Source: a virus. From it: a stretch of 64,000 nt of DNA. The position numbers and the translations under genes are program-made. The DNA lies in IMG/VR virus record IMGVR_UViG_3300050194_000011, positions 44,113 through 108,112 of that record, one strand, 5' to 3'. Positions 47,615 to 57,167 of this stretch are shown in pieces; positions within the stretch are counted from its first letter, which is position 1, and each line of letters begins with the position of its first letter. The notes under the pieces were generated by a model. It ran no database searches, was not told the origin of the DNA, and worked only from the letters and a program-made list of their open reading frames with translations.

Positions 47615-50124
47615 TATATCGTTCCTGTGTTTAATTGATTTGTGTTAATACTTACTGCTGATGATATGATCCAAGTAACTGTGTCTATAATTGATGTAGA
47701 GTCTTTCGGCGCATCCAATCCAACTCTAGAGATCGCATCAACAACAGTCAGTGTTCCTGTTTCATATCTACTAAATGTCATATTTAAAGATTCAGAAACA
47801 GTCAAAGAATCTGTAGGATTTCTCAAGAAGCTATATAATGGAGAAATGTTATCAACCGATGCAACAGAATCGGATAGATTGAACATATAACTTGCTGTTT
47901 TTGATGTCGCATCTACAAGAAATACATTTTCTTGTGGTCTGGCTGAAAGAACGAATGAAACATCATCCAACAAGAACAAATCTTCTATGATTGGATATGA
48001 TGGAGCTATCCTAAGTTCCACACCATGCGTATATTGGACTCTTCTTCTGGTTGGTCTATATTTTCCTGCCGAATCCGATATATCAAGAATTCTATTTCCA
48101 CTCAGTATTTGAGATCCATCTAGATTGAATGATCCATCTAGAACCAACGGATACTCATATGAATAATCAGAATCGTATACATAGATGTCCGTGAACTTCA
48201 CATTCGCAAAGTCTTCGATTTTCCAGCTCCCATCTCCATCAGCTGTTGTTTCTCTGTTGAATAATTGTGATGCAGCAGTTCCGAATGTATCTGCAGCATA
48301 CGAAGATCCTAACATAAATTTGAACTTATCTAAGAACTCGTACGTCGATCCTAGCGAAGATATCGATTGTGTTTGAATTCGCGTAGTGCTATCTTGAACA
48401 GATGTGGTGATACTCAATACTTTTTCTGTGAACTGTACAAAATCATCAAATCCTTTCTTGATTCTGTCTTCTACAGTTGATACGAAAGTGTTGATATTGA
48501 CTTCACCGAACATAGCTAATCCAGCTGGGTGGATTAACTTATACATGATGTTCTTGTATGTGTCGAATGATTGAGCAGATTGAATCACATACGAAAAATC
48601 TTGATAAAATAGAGAGTCTTGAACTCTCTTGTTCAATTGTGATACAAATCCATCTTCTCCTACGAAAGTAGAAGATATCGTGAATATTGAATCCATCTTT
48701 GTGCTGATCTTACATGGATCAACAAAAAGAATAGATGCGATCGTTCCAGATACATCTCCTGTGACTGTATACTTTCCTAATTCTACAGTATTGGATTCGG
48801 TTGAAATATATTTCAAATCTTCTGAAAAAATCTTTTGCCCATCTTCAGATAAGAAGTTACCTGATCCAAAATTATAGTTTACCAATAGAACATTTTTTGA
48901 TTCTATCGAATTCACTTTGCCTATAGATGAAACAGGCGATTGATTTTCTAGTATGATTCTAATCCCGTTTTCCGATAGAATAGCTATACCGTTTTCATTC
49001 GTTATTTTATCAGATAGTTTGAATAGATTTTCTCCTGGGATAAATCCCAAAGAAGAATTTACAATACATCTAGAATTTACATTGATTGGGAGGTTATTTG
49101 ATGTTGGTTCTTTGACATTCAACTTCAACACTCTACCGACAGAAGATGAATATAGTTGAAAGTTTCCGGTTCCGTTTCCTTCAACTATTGGAAGGAATTC
49201 ATATCCTCTTCCATTGTTAAGGATTATCAACTCTCTGACGTTCCCGGATGATCCAACTTCTTTGATGAAAATTGAAAGATCAGATCCACCAGTTCCATTT
49301 TCATTAACATACAAAAGATCGCCAGCAGAATAACCAGATCCTCCATCAATGATGAAACATCCATCAATCGAACCAGATCCAACGGATTCCACATAGCACG
49401 GAATGTCTCCTGCAAAGAACACATCACCAGACTTGTATAGAGCCCCTCTGTGCTGATATTTGTCGACGTTGAATGTCGGTACTATGGTGAGAGAAATATT
49501 GCGCGAGGAATTGAATAAAGGGAGATCTTGATAGATGATCCCAATAAGAGAAGATGGAGTTATCTCAACATGAACAAATGATCCTTGTATGTTTACCAAA
49601 GTAATCGAAGCAACAATGAACTGAGATAACTCATTAGAGAAGTTATCGAATTGATGAAGCTTTTTTCCAATCAGAGAATTGAGATCGGTACCGACAGGAA
49701 CCTTTGTTCTGATTATTTTTCTGTCTTTCCATTTACCATCAGACGCCCTGAGCATATCATCTTTTGGCTCGTAAATCTTTATATCTTCGTTGTATAAGAT
49801 TCTGAACAAAAGCTGAATAGACTTTCTGCTACCTTTTGATGCATATAGATCTCTGATATGTTTTGAAAGCAGTCTCTTATCAACAGCAATGTTACCTGGG
49901 ATTTCTTTGATCTCATCCCAAAAATATGTCAAGAATTCATATGGAACGTTATCCAGATCCAAATAGTCAATCAGACGTTCTGATGTGACAAATTGCTTCT
50001 CCGATAAGAATTCGTAGTATGCTTCTAGGAATGCAACAAAGGTTGCATGTTCCTCTACAACAAAAGCAGGAACTTGCTCTTTGACTAGATGTTTTCTTTT
50101 AATTTTTGCACTAGATTCTATCAT
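47614..50124 (-). CDS. gp7: Baseplate wedge initiator, gp7-like
   Basis: 836 aa; EQVPAFV.E...FVAFLEAYYEFL, IRDLYASKGS.KSI.LLFRILYNE, QDSLFYQDFSYVI, HPAG..FGE; follows gp6. Confidence 0.75.
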   Translation of the reverse strand: MIESSAKIKRKHLVKEQVPAFVVEEHATFVAFLEAYYEFLSEKQFVTSERLIDYLDLDNVPYEFLTYFWDEIKEIPGNIAVDKRLLSKHIRDLYASKGSRKSIQLLFRILYNEDIKIYEPKDDMLRASDGKWKDRKIIRTKVPVGTDLNSLIGKKLHQFDNFSNELSQFIVASITLVNIQGSFVHVEITPSSLIGIIYQDLPLFNSSRNISLTIVPTFNVDKYQHRGALYKSGDVFFAGDIPCYVESVGSGSIDGCFIIDGGSGYSAGDLLYVNENGTGGSDLSIFIKEVGSSGNVRELIILNNGRGYEFLPIVEGNGTGNFQLYSSSVGRVLKLNVKEPTSNNLPINVNSRCIVNSSLGFIPGENLFKLSDKITNENGIAILSENGIRIILENQSPVSSIGKVNSIESKNVLLVNYNFGSGNFLSEDGQKIFSEDLKYISTESNTVELGKYTVTGDVSGTIASILFVDPCKISTKMDSIFTISSTFVGEDGFVSQLNKRVQDSLFYQDFSYVIQSAQSFDTYKNIMYKLIHPAGLAMFGEVNINTFVSTVEDRIKKGFDDFVQFTEKVLSITTSVQDSTTRIQTQSISSLGSTYEFLDKFKFMLGSSYAADTFGTAASQLFNRETTADGDGSWKIEDFANVKFTDIYVYDSDYSYEYPLVLDGSFNLDGSQILSGNRILDISDSAGKYRPTRRRVQYTHGVELRIAPSYPIIEDLFLLDDVSFVLSARPQENVFLVDATSKTASYMFNLSDSVASVDNISPLYSFLRNPTDSLTVSESLNMTFSRYETGTLTVVDAISRVGLDAPKDSTSIIDTVTWIISSAVSINTNQLNTGTI

Positions 50125-50129
50125 ATGGT

Positions 50130-51926
50130 TTATCTAGTTATAGCAAATTGATGATTTGAGAAATTCTGACTTTCGATAACAGGAGATACAACAATCTTAT
50201 CTGGATCGATAAGAACAATGCTGTTTCTCAGAGATATGATGTCAGGCGAAGCTGGGATGCAAGTTAGCTCTATGTAATTTCCTGTATATGATTGAAAAAG
50301 AGCAGAATCGATCTTGACAATACCAGTCAAATAATCTACACTTCCGATATTGGATATCAAAACTTTTCTGATGTTATTTTCCAGGTAAGTTACCTGAAGA
50401 ACACCATTGTTATCATTGAAGAATAAATCAAAGTCACTTGATTGGAATTTGAAAGCAGTAGACGAGAAAGATCCTTTTGAGATAGGATTATTGAATCTGA
50501 TTATCCAAGAATCTTGAACACCTGTAGTTGGATTGAATCTCTTGGTGATTTTTATCGATGTGATATTTGATAGGATCGAGTCGTCTACTCCATCAATCAC
50601 GTTACTGAATTTTGAGTAGCGGAAAACTTTCTCAAACTTCTCTAGAGTATTAGTTGAGAAGTTTTGTACAGCTAAAATTACAGAAGTTCTGATGAAATCA
50701 ACAGTAGTGTTCATTTTCGTATCATCAACGTAGACATATGACGTTGGTTCGATATAGAGATACTCGACATCAACAAATTCAGGGCTTACTGTTACGATTG
50801 ATTTTGATTCTTTCAGCGCTTGCTTGATTTCTTGCTTGTTTGTCTCTGTCAAGATCGATTCCGAATCCAGAGGTTTTATTGATATGAAAACCTTTCCATA
50901 TACAGGAGGATCATTTCTTTCTCCTCCCCACACAGCAATCGAATCCAATGGAAAGATGTTCGAGACAAGGTCAGCATAATCCGTCTCGGTCACAGCTCTA
51001 TCTTGCGTCATCGTATTTTTGTATGCATTAAATCGAATCGAATCAATCGATTCGGATTCCGATCCACCGTATGTCTTCGACGCAACAGTCAGGACAACAT
51101 TTGAATTTCCTTCGATGTAATCATTGAAAGAGAAGATGCTCAGATCATTGCCCGATGATCCATCTGTGATAACGTATTCTAATCTGATTACATTGCCATC
51201 TATAGGAGATTTGCCCAGAACATCATCACCGAACGCAACTTCATATTTTCCACTTTGATTAACTTGTAGATAGTAAGCAGTCGATGTCGATTTAACATTC
51301 GTTATTCTATCTACTTTGAAGTATTCGATCTGAGATGCATTCGTTGTGCTCTTTTGAACATATACGCGCAATGTAGATGTATCTACTGTCGCATCTGGAA
51401 TTTCAAATTTTGTCTGATTATCAGTCGACGAATAGACATAATTGAAAGTCTTCATTGTACCCTGAAGAATTTCTACATTTCTGAAAATATATCTATTGTT
51501 TGAATCTTTGCTTATCGTTTGAGGAACAATATTGGTAAATGATACACTTGATCCATCTGTCGAAGAAATGAACGATGCACCTTTGCCTAATGTCAATGTA
51601 GCAGGAGAGTTTACTGGATTGATGACTTCTATGTCAACTAGTGTTCTTGCAGCTCTGTATGATCTGGGAGTGTATCCGAGTCTTTTTGCGTGCAGACCTA
51701 CGATTGTTGAATTTCTTGCTGTATCCAGTGTAAGCTCTTGGGCAATCTGATTCGCGACGATTGCTTCATAATGTGTATTGTAAGCAAGAACATCAATCAG
51801 AACAGCTAAACCAGATCCTTCAAAATCATAATCTGTGAATTGACCTTTTGATTTGAGAAATGCTTTCAGATTAGCTTTGATTGTATCAAAGTCTAATTCA
51901 GAAACTCTTAATAGTGAATTACTCAA
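50130..51926 (-). CDS. gp6: Baseplate wedge subunit
   Basis: 598 aa; ELDFDTIKANL, FTDYDFEGSGL.VL.DVLAYNT, QDRAVT..DY, AVWGGE...PP.YGKVFISIKP. Confidence 0.95.
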   Translation of the reverse strand: MSNSLLRVSELDFDTIKANLKAFLKSKGQFTDYDFEGSGLAVLIDVLAYNTHYEAIVANQIAQELTLDTARNSTIVGLHAKRLGYTPRSYRAARTLVDIEVINPVNSPATLTLGKGASFISSTDGSSVSFTNIVPQTISKDSNNRYIFRNVEILQGTMKTFNYVYSSTDNQTKFEIPDATVDTSTLRVYVQKSTTNASQIEYFKVDRITNVKSTSTAYYLQVNQSGKYEVAFGDDVLGKSPIDGNVIRLEYVITDGSSGNDLSIFSFNDYIEGNSNVVLTVASKTYGGSESESIDSIRFNAYKNTMTQDRAVTETDYADLVSNIFPLDSIAVWGGERNDPPVYGKVFISIKPLDSESILTETNKQEIKQALKESKSIVTVSPEFVDVEYLYIEPTSYVYVDDTKMNTTVDFIRTSVILAVQNFSTNTLEKFEKVFRYSKFSNVIDGVDDSILSNITSIKITKRFNPTTGVQDSWIIRFNNPISKGSFSSTAFKFQSSDFDLFFNDNNGVLQVTYLENNIRKVLISNIGSVDYLTGIVKIDSALFQSYTGNYIELTCIPASPDIISLRNSIVLIDPDKIVVSPVIESQNFSNHQFAITR

Positions 51927-52297
51927 AGCGTTCTCTCCAATTCAAATTTGGCTGTCTGTACAACATTCAGAGCCAAAATTCGAAATGTCAGATCGATTAA
52001 TATTCTGTGATCAGAAGGAGTTACCACGACTGATATGAGTTCTACTCTTGGCTCAAAATTTTCTATTGAATATTTAATTGTGCGTTGTATTGATGCAATG
52101 ACAGACGATGTCATCTGTTCGAAGAGCAAAGAATGTACCTGACATCCTATCTCGGGATGAAAAGGTCTTTCGAAGTTAGCTGTCTTGACTAAATTCTTCA
52201 AAGAAGTAAAAATGGCGGAAACATCCGCCTTCTTTGATACATCATTCGTCATTGGGTGACGAGTAAAATTTAGATCTAAATCTAGGTATGTTGTCAT
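51923..52297 (-). CDS. gp25: Baseplate wedge subunit, gp25-like
   Basis: 124 aa; YLDLDLNFTRHP, ERPFHPEIGC, IENFEPRV. Confidence 0.92.
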   Translation of the reverse strand: MTTYLDLDLNFTRHPMTNDVSKKADVSAIFTSLKNLVKTANFERPFHPEIGCQVHSLLFEQMTSSVIASIQRTIKYSIENFEPRVELISVVVTPSDHRILIDLTFRILALNVVQTAKFELERTL

Positions 52298-52309
52298 TTC
52301 ATTCTTCTA

Positions 52310-52735
52310 TCATTCTAGATCTACTGGCTGTTTTCTTTTGATAGGCTTTTGATCAATCGGTAACTCGACCTTAGCAACTCCAGATGTTGTATTTGTAGGA
52401 GCAGGTTCTGCAACAGTTCCTTCATCTTCAGTCAGAGATTTCACAAATTCTTCGACAACCATTTCTTCAAGAGGAAATCTGAGATTATTCTCCAAGATGA
52501 ACTCGTTGAGCTTCTTGTATGAGCTGATATGTTTATCTAGAGTCTTGAATGAAACATCTTCTGATATCGAAGAAAGAAAATTCAGAGCATTTGCTGTATT
52601 CCTGATGATAGGAACATCTTTTGATTCGATGATATGATGCTTGATAGCAGAAATCATCTGTCCATATGGCATATCATCGCATGATTCTACGATAAGCTTA
52701 TTACAGAGATTACGTTGTTTGTCTTTGTTTATCAT
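52310..52735 (-). CDS. Hypothetical, possibly head-associated protein
   Basis: 141 aa with many L/I-x-E sites and a C-terminal E..PTNTTSGVA motif. Confidence 0.45.
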   Translation of the reverse strand: MINKDKQRNLCNKLIVESCDDMPYGQMISAIKHHIIESKDVPIIRNTANALNFLSSISEDVSFKTLDKHISSYKKLNEFILENNLRFPLEEMVVEEFVKSLTEDEGTVAEPAPTNTTSGVAKVELPIDQKPIKRKQPVDLE

Positions 52736-53043
52736 GATTCGATTCGATCGTTCTTATGGTCTCTAAAGATAAATTTATTCACTGTATGTTCGTTCAGCTC
52801 TAGATATAACTTAGCACAAGAAACAATGAAAATAAATCCTATTGATAGAAAATGACTGATATAAGGTTTATATGATGGTTGGATAATCTGAGATAGAAAT
52901 ACTATGCAAGCTAAGCATATGATACTTCGTACGATCGAATGACTAACGGAATTAGGCGTCGTATGTGATAATTCAGCGATTATGGCAATCACAGGAATCA
53001 TCAAAGTCATTACAAATGTTAGTACGAGTATAAATTCAGACAT
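52732..53043 (-). CDS. Small multi-TM membrane protein (holin partner candidate)
   Basis: Probable start MSEF at 53043; three hydrophobic segments; directly after the holin candidate. Confidence 0.5.
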   Translation of the reverse strand: MSEFILVLTFVMTLMIPVIAIIAELSHTTPNSVSHSIVRSIICLACIVFLSQIIQPSYKPYISHFLSIGFIFIVSCAKLYLELNEHTVNKFIFRDHKNDRIES

Positions 53044-53383
53044 TTTCTGCTCCAAATATTTTCTTTCTGAGCGATAGGAACCAAGGCCCAACTTCAGACA
53101 ATACATTGTTGATAAGAGTTAATCCAAAAATACCAAGAGCAAATTTTATACCATCCTGCGTGACAGGAAGCAACCCAGGATAGTATCCTATGATTGCTTC
53201 GCCTACAAAATGTGACATTGCTATGCCTGTCACAAAAGCAACAAGAGCAGCAAACATTTTTTTCTTGGTAGTTGTATCAGAATATTTCATTGTGAGTACA
53301 GCTATGAATGATCCAGTTATCGAAGGAAAGAGCTTAACTAAGACTTTCCAAACAATAGCGAAGGATGAAGTTGGTTCTGACAT
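53036..53383 (-). CDS. Putative holin
   Basis: Probable start MSEP at 53383 (RBS AAGGGA); about three TM helices and a basic C-terminus (LRKKIF). Confidence 0.55.
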   Translation of the reverse strand: MSEPTSSFAIVWKVLVKLFPSITGSFIAVLTMKYSDTTTKKKMFAALVAFVTGIAMSHFVGEAIIGYYPGLLPVTQDGIKFALGIFGLTLINNVLSEVGPWFLSLRKKIFGAENV

Positions 53384-53396
53384 ATCGTGTGTTCCC

Positions 53397-53759
53397 TTAA
53401 ATTTTAAACAACTCTTCAAGGAGTTTCTCATCAATATTTACTTGCATAGAATCAATGAGAAAGTTACGACGTCCAAGTTTTACGATGAAGTGACATGCCA
53501 AAGAAATATCTTCATTGTTCATTTGATAGAACAACAGGGAAGAAGCGGCATCCCCGAATTGATTGAATGTGATAAGGAACATGTTCAGAAGAGATCTGAG
53601 GTTCACATCTCTTCCTTCTCTCCAAGATTCCAATTCCCGATGAATTTTCTTAATCAATCTTAAATCTTTCTTGAATTCTTTCATGGATATACAAGTTGAG
53701 TCATAATGTCTTATGGCTTGTATGTAGAATTCTTCTTTATTCATCGGGATAGAAATCAT
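53397..53759 (-). CDS. Conserved T4-like/cyanophage hypothetical protein
   Basis: 120 aa; F...AIRHYD..C....EF.KDL, R..LN.....FN.FG pattern recalled from environmental T4-like phages. Confidence 0.6.
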   Translation of the reverse strand: MISIPMNKEEFYIQAIRHYDSTCISMKEFKKDLRLIKKIHRELESWREGRDVNLRSLLNMFLITFNQFGDAASSLLFYQMNNEDISLACHFIVKLGRRNFLIDSMQVNIDEKLLEELFKI

Positions 53760-54343
53760 GCTAATGTAACGTTAAATCCTGAATTGATATACCACGCGGA
53801 GTTGATATACTGCAAATTAACAGCAGCTCCTGCAGAAGTAAACGTTATCGTTGAACCTCCAATGATTGTCGTTCCAACAGCATTCAATGTAAGTGATCCA
53901 GAACTCTTACGATAGATAGACTTATATTGTCCAACTAATCCTGCTCCTATCTGGAGAACAATTGGACTTGATGCGTCTACGATGGTAGTTCTTGTTGTCA
54001 GATCAACTGCACCGGATGATGTCTGTGTCGAGAATGACTTGTTATACTCAGGTCCGTTGACAGAAAGGTCTCCATCAACGTCTAAAAGACTTCCTGGTGC
54101 ATTCGTAGAGATTCCGACCCTATTGGTACTAGCCTTCACAAAAACAAGCGCTGGATCGGTTTGTCCCTTGATGATGGTGTCATTGTTCTCTGATGCAGAA
54201 TTCATAACAACAGGATCTTGGATGTTTGCAAACAGAGTTGCAGCAGATACCTTTTTATTTGACCCAGCATCTACGATCGGAACAATTGCCGATCCAGCAA
54301 AAGCTGTCGCGGCTGTCATTCCTGAAATTGTAATATCTGCCAT
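53756..54343 (-). CDS. Virion structural / fibre-like protein
   Basis: 195 aa; MADITISGM, NRVGISTNAP...LDVDGD fibre motif, C-terminal beta-sandwich. Confidence 0.55.
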   Translation of the reverse strand: MADITISGMTAATAFAGSAIVPIVDAGSNKKVSAATLFANIQDPVVMNSASENNDTIIKGQTDPALVFVKASTNRVGISTNAPGSLLDVDGDLSVNGPEYNKSFSTQTSSGAVDLTTRTTIVDASSPIVLQIGAGLVGQYKSIYRKSSGSLTLNAVGTTIIGGSTITFTSAGAAVNLQYINSAWYINSGFNVTLA

Positions 54344-54347
54344 TTAA

Positions 54348-55778
54348 TTATTCCTTTATCCCTAGATCATTCTTAGCAAGATTAGTAGCTGTTCCGTACA
54401 TTACAGATTCAGCCTCGTCACCATACTTATCCTTAAATTCTCTAATTTTTGGTTTGAGTTTCATAACATAATGTTCGATCTTGTTCTTTAATTCTTGATT
54501 GACTGATTCATCAAGATTTTCGTCGACAGACTCATGAAATGGAATATCATGATGTTCACCAGCGTATAGATGTACCAATGCCGTTCTGTAATTGTCATGA
54601 GTATCTACCATCCGATGTGTACGCCCTTGATCAATTGAATACCATGTAGAATGTGGACCATCCATACGAGATTCGTCGTCTTGAGTTATAGCTTTCCAAT
54701 GTGCGTTATCATTTGGATTAAGATGTACAATTTTCTTATCACCAATATAACCGTATCCAGTTTTTCTATCAGCTATCGAATCTGGATCGATCGATTCTTT
54801 CAAGCAACCATTCGCATGATCCGTACCATATTCGGCATGACATGTATATTTGCCATTTGTCATTCCACATACAGCTTGATCCAGATCACAATGAGTAGCA
54901 TGTCTACCTGGATCAAGCCCCAAATCGCCAAGTTCTTTGATTATTTCATCGTGGTAATGAGTACCAGATTCTTTAGCTCTGTTAGCAGCAGTCTGAACAG
55001 CAAGTCTCATCATTTCATCATTGGTGAAATCACCAGATTCAGTATGAGTTGTTTGGTCTTGTTGATCAAGCGCCTTGTATTCTTCTGAGATCGTTTCTTC
55101 ATGGTGTTCGCCAAGATATAGATCTCCATGAACAACATTCTTTGCTTCTGGCATAACGGATTCGCCATTATGCTTGATGTCGATCAGTTTACATCCATTT
55201 TCTGCATATGGTCCATTGTGCAGAGGATCTTTAAGGAAAGAACGATAGATACCAGCAGGTGAATGTGCTTCTTTCCAGACCTTTTGAAGATTGCCATTAG
55301 CATCTTTGTAGTGGACTTGAAACTTTCTCTTTGCTGGAAGCGAATCTCTTCCAGTTTTATCTTCGTAGATATCTTCTGAAATAGGAGAACAACATTCTTT
55401 TCTGATGTATCCTACGCCAGTATGATCGTTCCACCAACCTTTCATATCACCAGCTTTGTCTTTGATCTCCAGATGATCTTTACCATCCTTTTCTGCTTCG
55501 AGACCAAGTTCCTTGACTCTGTTATCAAAATCTTCACGTTTCATGAAAGTATGATAATCTTGGGTTTCTTGAACGATTGATGTTTCTTCAAGTTTCTTAT
55601 CGATATTCGTACAGCCAACTTCATCAAGTTGTTCTTCGCCATCTTTAGGTTTTTGATCAACATCTGATACAGATACAGGAGTCGAAGATTCAACTAATTT
55701 TGTTTTCATCTTTGTGTAGATGTCGGCGATATCTCCGTTGACTCCGCCGAAGAGTCTATCGGAAGAATTACTCAGCAT
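54348..55778 (-). CDS. Putative head-internal polyprotein with many gp21-type sites
   Basis: Probable start MLSN at 55778 (RBS AAGGA); repeated L/I-x-E|S/T/D junctions; C-terminal FKDKYGDEAESVMYGTATNLAK motif recalled from T4-like head proteins. Confidence 0.5.
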   Translation of the reverse strand: MLSNSSDRLFGGVNGDIADIYTKMKTKLVESSTPVSVSDVDQKPKDGEEQLDEVGCTNIDKKLEETSIVQETQDYHTFMKREDFDNRVKELGLEAEKDGKDHLEIKDKAGDMKGWWNDHTGVGYIRKECCSPISEDIYEDKTGRDSLPAKRKFQVHYKDANGNLQKVWKEAHSPAGIYRSFLKDPLHNGPYAENGCKLIDIKHNGESVMPEAKNVVHGDLYLGEHHEETISEEYKALDQQDQTTHTESGDFTNDEMMRLAVQTAANRAKESGTHYHDEIIKELGDLGLDPGRHATHCDLDQAVCGMTNGKYTCHAEYGTDHANGCLKESIDPDSIADRKTGYGYIGDKKIVHLNPNDNAHWKAITQDDESRMDGPHSTWYSIDQGRTHRMVDTHDNYRTALVHLYAGEHHDIPFHESVDENLDESVNQELKNKIEHYVMKLKPKIREFKDKYGDEAESVMYGTATNLAKNDLGIKE

Positions 55779-56259
55779 TGTCGTTTCCTTCAAGATCTGT
55801 ATCGAATGATGAAGAATCGTCCAATTGAGTCACTTCTGACTTGACAATTTCTTCCTTCGTTTCTTCCTTCTGTTCTTCCTTCTTTACTTTAGCTGCCTTC
55901 TTTGCTGGAACAATCTTTTCTACAGCTACTTTATCAAGAACAGGAAGCGTTTCTTCTACTTTTGCAATTTCTTCATTCAGATTAGCAAGACGAACATGCA
56001 CATGTTCAAGTTCTTCTTCAAGAATCGTTTTGTTGAGTTTCTTGACAGAACGATTGAACTCTTCAGGGATATCATTCACTGGCGTATCAACACCATTTTC
56101 TTTTTCCCATGCTTTGATTTTGTCATCGAGTCCCATAATAGACTCGATAACGTCGTATTTGCCATGTGGCTTAAGAATTACCCAGCCGCGATTAGTTGCA
56201 TAGCAATTCTTGGCATCGTGTTCATTCAAATAAGCAGGCTTAGTGTAAGGGCAATCCAT
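55768..56259 (-). CDS. Hypothetical conserved phage protein with acidic/basic tail
   Basis: 163 aa; KPAYL...CYATNRGWV N-domain, then a coiled, low-complexity tail. Confidence 0.5.
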   Translation of the reverse strand: MDCPYTKPAYLNEHDAKNCYATNRGWVILKPHGKYDVIESIMGLDDKIKAWEKENGVDTPVNDIPEEFNRSVKKLNKTILEEELEHVHVRLANLNEEIAKVEETLPVLDKVAVEKIVPAKKAAKVKKEEQKEETKEEIVKSEVTQLDDSSSFDTDLEGNDNAE

Positions 56260-56277
56260 GTATTTCTCCTAGATAAT

Positions 56278-56300
56278 AAAAATGGGGCCGAAGCCCCATT
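56278..56300 (-). terminator. UUCG terminator after the 110-aa gene
   Basis: Minus strand AATGGGGC-TTCG-GCCCCATT-TTT. Confidence 0.85.
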
Positions 56301-56342
56301 GAATTTAAAGACTTCGTGTGAAGTATTTACAGACTTAAATTC

Positions 56343-56675
56343 TTAAGCCTTGAACGCTTCAGCAGAAGTAGTGGTAACGTAGACGTTACCCGTACCGACA
56401 GAAGCTGTAATGGTAGCAACCACATATTTCCAGTTAACTGGAGCATTGAGTACCAGACCATCACTATTAGCAGCAGATGTAAGGGCAAAAGAACCAAGAG
56501 CAACTTTACCGATGCCATCATTCGAACCAGCGATAACGACCGTAGCCGATGTAAGAGCTGGATCGATTGTTACTTGAACAGTGCGGGTTTCATAGTTTGT
56601 AGGGATGAAACCAGATGTCGAAGCAGCAGGCGTATTAGCTGTAACGAGAGTTGTAAAAATTTGTTCTGAACGCAT
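56343..56675 (-). CDS. Small abundant virion protein candidate (decoration-like)
   Basis: 110 aa, Ala/Thr/Val-rich beta protein; own late promoter, strong RBS (AGAAAGGA), gp23-like codons, terminator. Confidence 0.55.
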   Translation of the reverse strand: MRSEQIFTTLVTANTPAASTSGFIPTNYETRTVQVTIDPALTSATVVIAGSNDGIGKVALGSFALTSAANSDGLVLNAPVNWKYVVATITASVGTGNVYVTTTSAEAFKA

Positions 56676-56719
56676 TATATTTCCTTTCTAGAAATGATTG
56701 TAGAGGATTAATCCAATAG

Positions 56720-56727
56720 TATTTAGT
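56720..56727 (-). promoter_or_regulatory. Putative late promoter (ACTAAATA)
   Basis: TAAATA core 45 nt upstream of ATG 56675. Confidence 0.55.
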
Positions 56728-56735
56728 GATTAATA

Positions 56736-57164
56736 TCAGATAGAAGATTTGACCATCCATCTGGTCTTCTTGAGGCTTTCTATGATCGTTTCTATCGTAG
56801 TAAAAGTTCCTATTGAGTTCATTTTCACTGCGATTTCATGTGAAGAATAGAGAGAAGCAACGCACAGATCAATGCACATCAAGATATCGTTAAAAATCTT
56901 TGTTCTATCTGAAGAAGAGAAATCATCAGGGATTACAGAAAGATTCTCGAAATCGTATTTGAAAATTGAATCTTCTATCCTGATAAGTTCAGCAATCGTA
57001 TCAAATATTTCATTGAACTGCTCATATAATTCACCTAAGAAATCATGATCTTGCTTAAATGTTGGTCCTTCGACATTGACATGATGTATGTGTGTTCTTT
57101 TATATGTCTCAAAGACATTTCCTGCAGATTTATGCAATGCATCGATTAGTTGAGTAGTTGACAT
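56736..57164 (-). CDS. dps: Dps / ferritin-like protein
   Basis: 142 aa; THIHHVNVEGPTFKQDH...LYE....FDTIAE matches the Dps signature H(W)NV.GP.F...H....Y.....D..AE. Confidence 0.8.
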   Translation of the reverse strand: MSTTQLIDALHKSAGNVFETYKRTHIHHVNVEGPTFKQDHDFLGELYEQFNEIFDTIAELIRIEDSIFKYDFENLSVIPDDFSSSDRTKIFNDILMCIDLCVASLYSSHEIAVKMNSIGTFTTIETIIESLKKTRWMVKSSI

Positions 57165-57167
57165 GAC

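Noticed and set aside
56324-56329. Tiny RNA from a TAAATA core just upstream of the UUCG terminator
   Set aside because: TAAATA is frequent by chance at this AT content, and there is no independent support.
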